From assembly GCA_964521955.1 (NCBI GenBank), contig CAZFTX010000005.1:804-64803 (forward strand): a DNA stretch of 64,000 nucleotides, in the 5' to 3' direction. This document shows, piece by piece, positions 45,253-53,610 of the stretch (position 1 is its first letter; the number at the start of each line of letters is the position of its first letter). Origin of the DNA: an uncultured Candidatus Saccharibacteria bacterium (lineage in GTDB: Bacteria; Patescibacteriota; Doudnabacteria; UBA920). Both the position numbers and the translations under genes were made by a program. The notes beneath the pieces were generated by a model. That model was not told where the DNA came from. It did not search any database and saw nothing but the letters and a program-made list of their open reading frames with translations.

Positions 45253-45612
45253 ATGCAAGATGAAAAAAATACAAAATATGACTTAGAAGAAAGAACAGCA
45301 AAGTTTGGTGAAGAAATTATTAGATTTTGTGTTCAATTACCAAGAAATGAAGTTACTAAGCCATTAATAAATCAGTTAGTGAAGTGCGGAACAAGTGTTG
45401 GTGCAAACTATTCAGAGGCAGACGACGCAGAAAGTCCTAAAGATTTTAAGCACAAGATTGGGATATGTAAGAAAGAGTCTAGGGAATGTAAGCATTTTTT
45501 AAGAATGTTATCGGTAGCAACTCCGGAAAAGACCGAACTAATTAGAGTTTTATGGAACGAAGCAAAAGAGTTACATTTAATTTTCAACGCAATTTATAGA
45601 AAGATTAATTAA
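45253..45612 (+). CDS. four-helix-bundle protein (23S rRNA intervening-sequence protein family)
   Basis: 119 aa; LVKCGTSVGANYSEADDAESPKDFKHKIGICKKESRECKHFLRML matches the family signature. Confidence 0.7.
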   Translation: MQDEKNTKYDLEERTAKFGEEIIRFCVQLPRNEVTKPLINQLVKCGTSVGANYSEADDAESPKDFKHKIGICKKESRECKHFLRMLSVATPEKTELIRVLWNEAKELHLIFNAIYRKIN

Positions 45613-45665
45613 TTGGGATTTATTTAGGTTAATTAGAGTAATTAGAACAATTAGAATAATTCAGT

Positions 45666-46730
45666 ATGTCATTTTTCTCCCCAAGCTTTTCTACAAAAGA
45701 ACAAACGCTCTTTGCCAAACGACTTTCTTTTCTCATGCGTGCAGGTGTGCCAATTTTAGAAAGTTTAAATTTGCTGAAAAAGCAAATGCGCACGAAAAGT
45801 TCAGTAAAGATTTTTGAGTCCATAATTACAGACGTTTCCAACGGCAATTTTTTGTCTTCTGCACTCGCAAAGTTTAAAGGCGTGTTTGGGGAATTTGCGG
45901 TTAACATTATTAAAGTTGGGGAAGAGGGCGGAATTTTAAGCGAAAACTTACACTATTTAGCAGAAGAGTTAAAGAAAAAACAGGCTTTAAAGAAAAAAGT
46001 TATTTCCGCACTCATTTATCCGGTGTTTATAGTCGTTGCCACTTTAGGAATTGTTGGGGTACTGACCGTGTTCGTGTTTCCAAAAGTCATGCCAATTTTT
46101 TCCAGCATTAACGTGCCTTTGCCTTTAACCACCCGAGCTTTAATTGTTATTAGTCGTTTTCTTATTGCATACGGTTTTTGGGTACTCTTGGGTTTTATAC
46201 TTTTGGTCTTTGCTGTTTCTATAATTTTAAAACAAGTTAAGCCATTCCGCTTTAGGGTTCAACAACTTTTGTTAAGACTTCCAATTGTCGGGAAAATTTC
46301 ACGGGATTATTACTTAGCAAACTTTTGTAGAACTTTAGGACTACTTTTAAGAGGGGATGCCAGACTTTACGAAGCTATTTTAACCACAGCGAAAACAACA
46401 GAAAATTTGGTTTATAAAAATGAGTTTGTGGGAATTTCTAAAGCAGTAAACAAAGGTGAAAGGATTTCTGCATACATGGCTAGGCGCACGCAGTATTTTC
46501 CGGAAATTACCGGACACATGGTAGCAATTGGGGAGACGGCCGGCAATTTGAGTGAAACTTTTATGTATTTGGCGGAAATGTACGAAAATGAAGTGGATGA
46601 AACTACCAAGAACCTTTCCAGTTTAATAGAGCCGGTGTTAATGGTGTTTATGGGGCTCTTGGTTGGGTTTGTGGCTATTTCAATTATCACCCCAATTTAT
46701 TCTGTGACGCAGAAACTAACCCCTAAATAA
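45666..46730 (+). CDS. pilC: type IV pilus assembly platform protein, GspF/PilC family
   Basis: 354 aa (short form) with three TM segments and two GspF-like repeats. Confidence 0.8.
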   Translation: MSFFSPSFSTKEQTLFAKRLSFLMRAGVPILESLNLLKKQMRTKSSVKIFESIITDVSNGNFLSSALAKFKGVFGEFAVNIIKVGEEGGILSENLHYLAEELKKKQALKKKVISALIYPVFIVVATLGIVGVLTVFVFPKVMPIFSSINVPLPLTTRALIVISRFLIAYGFWVLLGFILLVFAVSIILKQVKPFRFRVQQLLLRLPIVGKISRDYYLANFCRTLGLLLRGDARLYEAILTTAKTTENLVYKNEFVGISKAVNKGERISAYMARRTQYFPEITGHMVAIGETAGNLSETFMYLAEMYENEVDETTKNLSSLIEPVLMVFMGLLVGFVAISIITPIYSVTQKLTPK

Positions 46731-46762
46731 TAAAAAATTGATCCCGAAATAACTGACCAAAA

Positions 46763-47206
46763 ATGATCAAAATTGACATGAATGACAAGAATGAAAAAAA
46801 CTATGGATTCACTTTAATGGAGATATTGGTGGTAATGGGAATTATGGTGGTGCTTTCTACTTTAGGACTTTTGGTGGGATTGGATTTTTACAAGAGCTAC
46901 GCTTTTAATTCCGAAAGAGACTTAGTGGTAAGCATGTTACAGAAAGCCAGAAACCAGTCATTGGCAAACATAAATCAGAAAGAACATGGGTTTAGAGTAG
47001 TAGGTAATAATTATGAAATTTATGAAGTTGGCGGTGGTGATGTACAGACTTTTCAAAAGCATCCAGGGATTAATTCTGCTGATGTCGATGTAAGATTTGA
47101 ACAGCTTTCAGGGGATTCGTATATTTTTTCAGGGAATATTGTTTTAGATGATGGGAAAAGGGCAGCGACTATTTCTGTAAACTCTGAGGGAAGAATTAAT
47201 TGGTAG
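46763..47206 (+). CDS. type IV pilin-like protein (prepilin-type N-terminal cleavage/methylation domain)
   Basis: Leader ...NEKNYG / FTLMEILVVMGIMVVL with Gly(-1), Phe(+1), Glu(+5). Confidence 0.8.
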   Translation: MIKIDMNDKNEKNYGFTLMEILVVMGIMVVLSTLGLLVGLDFYKSYAFNSERDLVVSMLQKARNQSLANINQKEHGFRVVGNNYEIYEVGGGDVQTFQKHPGINSADVDVRFEQLSGDSYIFSGNIVLDDGKRAATISVNSEGRINW

Positions 47207-47251
47207 AAAAAATTAACCTAATTATTCTAATTTCTAATTAACCTAAAATTT

Positions 47252-48712
47252 ATGAAAATAAAAAATTTGTTTAAAAGGTCGCAAGGAGGATATACCACTG
47301 CAGAAATGCTAATTGCTTTTTTCATTATGACCGTGGCTATTTCCGGAGTTAGTACTATTGCTTTTGGAAACCAGTCAGTTTCTGTGGACACTGAAAAAAA
47401 CAGTGAAGCTTTGCGTATTGCCCAAGCTGTAGCAGAAGACAAAAGAGCCATGGCAAAAACTAACTTCGACAGTTTACAAACTTCAGACTGCGACACTGCC
47501 GGGTATGAGTGTGAAGTTTTGGTTTCCAGTCCTCAGCAGAACTTAAAACAAATTACCACAACGGTTTCTTGGGTAGAAGGTAACAGGCCGCAAAGCGTGG
47601 TTTTAAAAAGCCGAGTGGCAAACTTAGAGGAAGAAGAAGCAACCGGCGGAACCGAAGGTGGTGGTAACAGAGAAAGTTCAGGGGGTGACGACGGAGGAGA
47701 TGATGGTACGGGAAGTGGTGGGGGTAGTGGAGGAAGTAATGGTTTTTGTCCAACGGTTAATAATATTTTCTCTCAAGACACTACAGCTAGTTTGGCTGGT
47801 AAAACTACCGGATTGGACGTTGTTAATAATTTAATATACCTAAGTTTAGATACGAGTGGAGATAATACTTTAAGTGATTTTGTTATTCTCGATTCAAATA
47901 ATTTAAATAAAATTGTAAAAATTTCAGAACTCAAAACTCAATCCGGAGGCTTAAATGCTATAGATATTGCAAATGGGTACGCGTATACTGTGGGGAAAAA
48001 GTTGGGAGCACAGTTAGAAATAATAAATGTTTCGAGTTCTACTAGTCCAAGTTTAGAAAGTTTTTTAGATTTATCATCCGCTGGGCTTAGTATATTTTAT
48101 AGGGACAATAAAGTTTATGCAGGTACCGAAAACAATCCCAGTGGCCCAGAGTTTTATGTAATAGATGTGACTGATTCCAGTTTGCCTTCGGTTTTAGGTA
48201 GTTTTGAAATTGGTGGGGGAGTTAATCAAATTGTGGTTCGGGGAAATACAGCCTATCTTGCAACTACTCACGGAGCTAAGGATATTGTAGTATTAGACGT
48301 TTCAAATCCTACCAGTATTTTAGAGACAAGAGTTTACAATAATTCCTATGCTGCAGCTGCACAGAGTTTGTATTTCTATGATAGTAAAATTTTTGCAGGT
48401 TCAAATCCTAACCTATTAGTCTTGGACCCAAGCACTAATCCAGTGAATTTAACTGCTTCAAATTCCATGCCTATGAATATTAATGATATTGTTATTTCTG
48501 GAAACTTAGGTTTTCTTGGAACAGATTTGGCAAATAAACGTTTTCAAATATGGGATATGAGTAATTTATCCGACATGAAATATTGCACAAGTTCAGATAA
48601 TATTAGTCCTTTGTTTAACGCTCCGGTTACAGGGATAATTTATCAAAACGGTTTGGCTTATGTTGCCATGTATAAAAATGGAATATCGGTTCGTGTTGTA
48701 AAGTTGAATTAA
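47252..48712 (+). CDS. pilin-like protein fused to Gly/Asp-rich linker and LVIVD-repeat beta-propeller-like domain
   Basis: 486 aa; prepilin-like N-terminus SQGG/YTTAEMLIAFFIM (Glu+5), then an EEEATGGTEGGGN...GSGGGSGGSNG linker. Repeated motifs follow: LEIINVSSSTSP, FYVIDVTDSSLP, DIVVLDVSNPTS, LLVLDPSTNPV, FQIWDMSNLSD. Confidence 0.55.
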   Translation: MKIKNLFKRSQGGYTTAEMLIAFFIMTVAISGVSTIAFGNQSVSVDTEKNSEALRIAQAVAEDKRAMAKTNFDSLQTSDCDTAGYECEVLVSSPQQNLKQITTTVSWVEGNRPQSVVLKSRVANLEEEEATGGTEGGGNRESSGGDDGGDDGTGSGGGSGGSNGFCPTVNNIFSQDTTASLAGKTTGLDVVNNLIYLSLDTSGDNTLSDFVILDSNNLNKIVKISELKTQSGGLNAIDIANGYAYTVGKKLGAQLEIINVSSSTSPSLESFLDLSSAGLSIFYRDNKVYAGTENNPSGPEFYVIDVTDSSLPSVLGSFEIGGGVNQIVVRGNTAYLATTHGAKDIVVLDVSNPTSILETRVYNNSYAAAAQSLYFYDSKIFAGSNPNLLVLDPSTNPVNLTASNSMPMNINDIVISGNLGFLGTDLANKRFQIWDMSNLSDMKYCTSSDNISPLFNAPVTGIIYQNGLAYVAMYKNGISVRVVKLN

Positions 48713-48713
48713 T

Positions 48714-49163
48714 ATGAAAAAAGCAAAGGACAGCAAACAAGAAGCATTCACTTTAATTGAAACTTTAATTTACATTGCTTTTTTTGCGGTGCTGGTTGGC
48801 AGTTTGCTTGGAATTACTTTTCAAACCATAGACAATTCTGCCAGACTTTCAAAGAAAATAACCATTCAGCAAGAAGCAAACTTTATTTTAAGAAAAATAG
48901 AATGGGCAATTAACAGCGGGGAAGTTGTATCTTCAGCCGGGGATGTTTTAACTGTTACTTTGTACGACGGTGGTGGAATTGTAGAGTTTAAGCGTGACGG
49001 AGACAATATGGTAATAGTTAGGGGAACAGAAATAAAAGAACTGAACAGTGAAAATGTTAAAGTGACAGACGTGTCTATACAAAATCCTACCGCAAGTGAA
49101 TTTAAAATTTCTTTAAACGTTGAAGGTGAAAATTTTCAATTAACTAAATTCCTTCGTAAGTAA
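48714..49163 (+). CDS. pseudopilin-like protein
   Basis: 149 aa; KQEAFTLIETLIYIAFFAVLVG N-terminal helix with Glu+5 (Ala at the -1 position instead of Gly). Confidence 0.5.
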   Translation: MKKAKDSKQEAFTLIETLIYIAFFAVLVGSLLGITFQTIDNSARLSKKITIQQEANFILRKIEWAINSGEVVSSAGDVLTVTLYDGGGIVEFKRDGDNMVIVRGTEIKELNSENVKVTDVSIQNPTASEFKISLNVEGENFQLTKFLRK

Positions 49164-49193
49164 CAAGTCTAAAGTAAAAAGTTAAAAGCTTGA

Positions 49194-49637
49194 ATGAAAT
49201 TTAAAAATTATAAAAATATTCTTTGCCCTAAACCCTTAGCACTTAGCGCTGGCTATATCGCCATCACTTCTGTAATGATTATTTCTCTATTACTTATAAC
49301 CATTACTGTGGCATTAAGTACAAGTAACTATTTTAGTCGGTTTAACATTTTAGAAAGTGAGTATAAAACCAGAAGTTTAGGTTTAGCAGAAGCATGTGTT
49401 GACCAAGCACTTTACAGGTTGGTACAAAAATTAGACACGCCAAATAATTTTAACGTAAACATAGGAAACAGCCAGTGTAAAATTGTTTCCATAAGTCCTG
49501 CAGGAGCAGCTAGAACCATAAAAACTCAAGGAGAGTTTCAGAAAAGCTTTTCAAATATTAAAGTGGTAGTAAATACTCCGGGGTATACAGTCAGTTCTTG
49601 GCAGGAATGTAAAACAGAAAATGACCCTTGCCAGTAA
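49194..49637 (+). CDS. membrane-anchored hypothetical protein, possible minor pilin
   Basis: 147 aa with N-terminal TM LALSAGYIAITSVMIISLLLITITVAL; placement between pilin genes. Confidence 0.35.
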   Translation: MKFKNYKNILCPKPLALSAGYIAITSVMIISLLLITITVALSTSNYFSRFNILESEYKTRSLGLAEACVDQALYRLVQKLDTPNNFNVNIGNSQCKIVSISPAGAARTIKTQGEFQKSFSNIKVVVNTPGYTVSSWQECKTENDPCQ

Positions 49638-49702
49638 GTACTGGTAGGTGTATAAATAATGAAAGTTAATTAACAATAATTTTAATAAGTAAAGGAAAAT
49701 AT

Positions 49703-50188
49703 ATGAATAAAGAGAAAGAACAGAGTGGATTTACACTCATAGAAATTTTGGTGGTTATTGGTATTATTGCCATTTTGGCAGTTATAGTGCTCATAGCCAT
49801 TAACCCAGGCAGACAGTTTGCTCAGTCTAGAGACACTCAAAGGACTAGTAATGTGAATGCTTTACTAAATGCTATTGGTCAACGTATGGCAGATAATAAA
49901 GGTGTGTTTGAAGGAAGTTTTTTTGATGGGACTAGTACAACAACTTGTCCTATTATTACCACAGGAGCTGATTTATCTATTTTGAGCGGTGGAACTGCTG
50001 GTAGTGGAGAGGTAAATCTTTCCTGTCTTGTGCCAACATATATTCCAGCTTTGCCAACTGATCCTAAGCATACAAGTAGTAATGGTAATGATACTTTGTA
50101 TGACATTTTTGTTAACTCTTCAACAAAAAGAACAACTGTAAAAGCTCCATTAGCAGAAATTAATAAACCAATAGAAATCGAGCGCTAG
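49703..50188 (+). CDS. type IV pilin (major pilin candidate)
   Basis: 161 aa; MNKEKEQSG/FTLIEILVVIGIIAILAVIVLIAINP class III signal with Glu+5. Confidence 0.85.
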   Translation: MNKEKEQSGFTLIEILVVIGIIAILAVIVLIAINPGRQFAQSRDTQRTSNVNALLNAIGQRMADNKGVFEGSFFDGTSTTTCPIITTGADLSILSGGTAGSGEVNLSCLVPTYIPALPTDPKHTSSNGNDTLYDIFVNSSTKRTTVKAPLAEINKPIEIER

Positions 50189-50202
50189 TATTTTATTTTT
50201 TA

Positions 50203-50238
50203 AACCCCGCTTTGGAAATTCCAAAGCGGGGTTTTTGT
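50203..50238 (+). terminator. intrinsic terminator after major pilin
   Basis: AACCCCGCUUUGG-AAAUU-CCAAAGCGGGGUU followed by UUUGUU. Confidence 0.6.
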
Positions 50239-50253
50239 TATGCTAAAACAGGC

Positions 50254-50282
50254 TTGATTTTCAAATTTTGGCATTATATAAT
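50254..50282 (+). promoter_or_regulatory. sigma70-like promoter TTGATT-17-TATAAT for PEP-CTERM gene
   Basis: Hexamers with 17 nt spacing, ~45 nt upstream of the AAGGAGG RBS. Confidence 0.45.
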
Positions 50283-50324
50283 AGGTAGTCGCAGCTAGAA
50301 GTACGCTAGCGACCACAAGGAGGA

Positions 50325-50993
50325 ATGCGCATGGTTTATTTGCGCTTTCGTGTAGTTTTGCTCGGAGCTCTTCTGGGCATCTTGCCAATTTCTCAGGCCT
50401 TCGGAGCCACGTTGACGTACGATTCTCTCACGGGAAGCACGGAAACGATTGGAACTTGGGGAGCACAAGCAACTGAGAAGTATGGTCAGACGACTACTGT
50501 ACCAGTCACACACACGCTTCTGACATCGTTTGCTTTTTCAATGAATTTCAACGGCGACAGCGCCGCGAGTGCAAACCTTCAGGTGCATGTGTACGGCTGG
50601 GACGGCAGCGCGCCAACAGGGGCGGCCCTTTGGTCCAGTGGCGTGTTGAACGCTTCCGGCGCCGGGTTCATTGACCAGTCTTTGAACATCGGTCTGAATT
50701 TGGTGGGTGGCCAGAACATTGTCTTGTACGTTGAGGCTCTTTCTGGTGACATTGCCGTATTCAAACGGCCGGGAATTTCACAACCGCTCATTGGGGTCGA
50801 CGTTTTTCCCGGAGGGTTTGTATTCCAGAATGGCATTGAGCCGTGGGTTCAAGATTTCATGGGTACTGACACCGACCTGGGCGTCATTCTCACATGGGAT
50901 CAAACGGAGGGCGGCGGCGGGGAAGTTCCTGAACCTTCTACGGTCGCTCTTGTCGGCGCTGGTGTTGCGGCGTTGTTGTTTCGCCGGCGCTAA
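50325..50993 (+). CDS. PEP-CTERM domain secreted protein embedded in pilus locus
   Basis: 222 aa (start may be the second ATG at 50331); signal peptide, then a C-terminal GGGGEVPEPSTVALVGAGVAALLFRRR; roughly 55% GC. Confidence 0.8.
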   Translation: MRMVYLRFRVVLLGALLGILPISQAFGATLTYDSLTGSTETIGTWGAQATEKYGQTTTVPVTHTLLTSFAFSMNFNGDSAASANLQVHVYGWDGSAPTGAALWSSGVLNASGAGFIDQSLNIGLNLVGGQNIVLYVEALSGDIAVFKRPGISQPLIGVDVFPGGFVFQNGIEPWVQDFMGTDTDLGVILTWDQTEGGGGEVPEPSTVALVGAGVAALLFRRR

Positions 50994-51227
50994 CGGTAAG
51001 CTCGCCACTTCGTGGCATCGTGGTCCGGGACCTGTACTCTTTAGGGGGTATGGGTTCCGGGCTGTTTTTTTAAACACAATATCAACAATGCGGAAATTTT
51101 CAATATTTATTCTCTTATTTAAGCCACTTTTTATTTGAAATTTTGTGTAGAATTTAAGTATTTTGTTTGCTAAACTTAAGGAAGTAAAAAATACTGTTTA
51201 GAAATAAAACTAAATATAAAAATATAT

Positions 51228-52361
51228 ATGAAAGTTAAAGTAAAGGTTGTTACCAACAATATTAATAGTAATAAAAAGTTTTTGAAAAAAAATTTGCTTT
51301 ATAAAGCAACAGCGTTTTTATGTATAGTTACTTTGGTTTTTTCTTTAATGTCTTCTAAAGACAAAGTTGTTGCAGCTGACTATCCTACTGCTACTTTGAT
51401 TGTGAAGAAAATTGTTGAAAACAATAATGGCGGTACCAAAGTTTCCTCTGACTTTACTATGTATGTAATTGGTTTGTCCGGAGTTCCTGGACCTGTAGCA
51501 ACACCTGACACTTATTCAACATCTTTTCCTGGTGACGCTTTTGGAACGCCAATCCTTTTAGGAGTAGGGAACTATCAAGTCACAGAAACTGTTTTGCCGG
51601 GTTATGCTGTAACTTACTCTGACGAATGTAGGAGTTCTACAGGCGGAATTCTAGAAGAAAACGTTGAAAGAACTTGTATAGTTACCAACTCAGACATTCC
51701 TGCAAAATTAAACGTAGTAGTGCAGGTGTTAAACGATAACGGTGGAAGTAAAGTGCCAGGTGACTTTAATGTTGTTGTAACTGGCGGTAATGCCAACCCA
51801 AGAAATTTTCCCGGAGATGAAAGCGGTACAGAAGTAGTCATGCACTCCGGAGTATATTCTGTAGACGTAGATCCTGACAGTAATTACGACATTACTTATT
51901 CTCCTGAATGTGCGGACAGTTTAGCTTTAGCTGAAAGTGTGACTTGTACTGTGAATATAAACGACATTGAACAAACAGGTGGTGGAGGTACTGGTGGTGA
52001 TGGGGAAGACGAAGAAGAAACACCCCCTCCTGGTGGTGGCGGTGGAAATTCGAGCGGTGGTGGCGCAGGTGGCCCAACTCCAACAGGTCCAGGATCTTCG
52101 GGAGGTGGCGGAACTTCTTCCGGCGGCAGCGGAATTCCAACCCCACCAACTCAGCCTAGTGACGGTGAAGTTTTAGGAGTTTCTACTACCAATGTCCCAA
52201 GTATTTCCATGCCCACAGACGGTGGTATACAGCCCGAGGGACAAGTATTAGGAGCTTCAACTGAATTGCCAAGAACCGGTACAAATGCTATGAGTGTTGT
52301 TATTTCCTTACTTGCTGGACTTTTGGTTTTTGTTCCCAAAATGAAGTTAAAGTTCAAGTAA
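51228..52361 (+). CDS. LPXTG-type cell-wall-anchor protein with two tandem beta-sandwich (prealbumin/Cna-B-like) domains
   Basis: 377 aa; N-terminal TM/signal; repeats ATLIVKKIVENNNGGTKVSSDFTMYV and AKLNVVVQVLNDNGGSKVPGDFNVVV; Gly/Ser/Pro-rich stalk. The C-terminus is LPRTG followed by a hydrophobic stretch and KMKLKFK. Confidence 0.75.
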   Translation: MKVKVKVVTNNINSNKKFLKKNLLYKATAFLCIVTLVFSLMSSKDKVVAADYPTATLIVKKIVENNNGGTKVSSDFTMYVIGLSGVPGPVATPDTYSTSFPGDAFGTPILLGVGNYQVTETVLPGYAVTYSDECRSSTGGILEENVERTCIVTNSDIPAKLNVVVQVLNDNGGSKVPGDFNVVVTGGNANPRNFPGDESGTEVVMHSGVYSVDVDPDSNYDITYSPECADSLALAESVTCTVNINDIEQTGGGGTGGDGEDEEETPPPGGGGGNSSGGGAGGPTPTGPGSSGGGGTSSGGSGIPTPPTQPSDGEVLGVSTTNVPSISMPTDGGIQPEGQVLGASTELPRTGTNAMSVVISLLAGLLVFVPKMKLKFK

Positions 52362-52416
52362 TTTTAAAAATTCCGGGTCGCCAGTTTAGGCACTCGGAAT
52401 TTTTGTTTTTATCAAA

Positions 52417-53001
52417 ATGAATAAGTTTAAAAAACCATTATTAGCAATTTTAGTTTTTACTATGGTTTTTATTGCGCTTAACTTTTCTTTTTTTAAGAAC
52501 AAATTTAACTTTACTTTTGAAGGTAGAAAAAGCATATACAAATCCCCGGCAGTTATACCCGTGATAAAAAAAGTTACGCCGAATTTTTTAACGATTGAAA
52601 CTTTAAACATAAAAGCCCCTATAGTTTATGTGGGAGAAAATAAAGAAGAAGTTTTTCAAACTGCCTTGCAAACCGGTGTAGTGCATTTTCCAGGGACTGC
52701 AAAACCCGGAGAATATGGAAATGTTTACATACTAGGACATAGTTCAGACTATGCTTGGGCTAAAGGGGAGTTTAAAACCGTTTTTGCAAGTTTACCTGAG
52801 ATTCAAAAAGGTGTGGAAATTACTGTGAGTGATTCTGAAGGCAACCCTTTTACTTACACAGTTACAGGCACTAAAATTGTTGCCCCGGAGGAGCTTTCGG
52901 TTTTAGACCAAGACTTTAAAAAGAAAACTTTAACTTTGCAAACTTCTTACCCCCTAGGCACTGCTTTAAAACGTTTTATAGTAACTGCCGAATTGAAATA
53001 A
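52417..53001 (+). CDS. sortase-family protein with Ser in place of the catalytic Cys
   Basis: 194 aa; N-terminal TM; VYILGHSS (His motif); KKTLTLQTSYP aligns with sortase QLTLITCDDY but has TCT (Ser) where TGT (Cys) is expected; KRFIVTAEL carries the conserved Arg. Confidence 0.65.
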   Translation: MNKFKKPLLAILVFTMVFIALNFSFFKNKFNFTFEGRKSIYKSPAVIPVIKKVTPNFLTIETLNIKAPIVYVGENKEEVFQTALQTGVVHFPGTAKPGEYGNVYILGHSSDYAWAKGEFKTVFASLPEIQKGVEITVSDSEGNPFTYTVTGTKIVAPEELSVLDQDFKKKTLTLQTSYPLGTALKRFIVTAELK

Positions 53002-53081
53002 CTTGACTTAAGTACGCGGGTTTATGGTAAAATAAGTCCATAAAGTATTCCCTTAAGAAATCAAAAACTAAAATTAAATAT

Positions 53082-53573
53082 ATGACAAAACTTTCTCGGA
53101 GGTCTTTAGACCCTAGTCAGTTGGGCTACTTAGTTAATAACTTGTGGTCGGCTTTTACTTTAATGAGCACCAAGGAAGACATTCGTCTTTTGTTTAAAGA
53201 TGTATTAACTCAGACTGAAATAAGAATGATTGCTAAACGTTTAGAAATAGTGAGGAGACTTTTAAAACAAGAGTCTTATGAGAATATTCAGAAAGAATTA
53301 AAAGTAACTTCCGGTACTATTAATGCAATAGGCAATATTTTAAAATTGAGAGGCGATGGTTTTCGTAAGGTATGTTTAAAGTTGGACGGTTTGGAAGAAA
53401 AATACATTAAACAACAAAGAGAAATAACAAAAAATCTTGAGAATCCATTTAGGAAGAAAACTCAAAGAAAAACATTATTGGGAGAAGTAATTAAGGCAGG
53501 TATTAGTGCCTTAGATAAAAAGATTATTCAGACTCAAAAGCATAATTCTGCCAAAAAAGTATTGCCTTCCTAA
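53082..53573 (+). CDS. TrpR/YerC-YecD family helix-turn-helix protein
   Basis: 163 aa; LFKDVLTQTEIRMIAKRLEIVRRLLKQESYENIQKELKVTSGTINAIGNILK matches the YerC/Trp-repressor-like fold; Lys-rich C-terminal tail. Confidence 0.6.
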   Translation: MTKLSRRSLDPSQLGYLVNNLWSAFTLMSTKEDIRLLFKDVLTQTEIRMIAKRLEIVRRLLKQESYENIQKELKVTSGTINAIGNILKLRGDGFRKVCLKLDGLEEKYIKQQREITKNLENPFRKKTQRKTLLGEVIKAGISALDKKIIQTQKHNSAKKVLPS

Positions 53574-53575
53574 CC

Positions 53576-53609
53576 ACTATGATACTGTCCAGTATCATAG
53601 TGGTTTAAA
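53576..53609. repeat. 34 bp perfect palindrome AACCACTATGATACTGTCCAGTATCATAGTGGTT, copy 2
   Basis: Identical to 43180..43213. It sits between the yerC-like stop and the start of the next pilin-like gene. Confidence 0.6.
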
Positions 53610-53610
53610 T

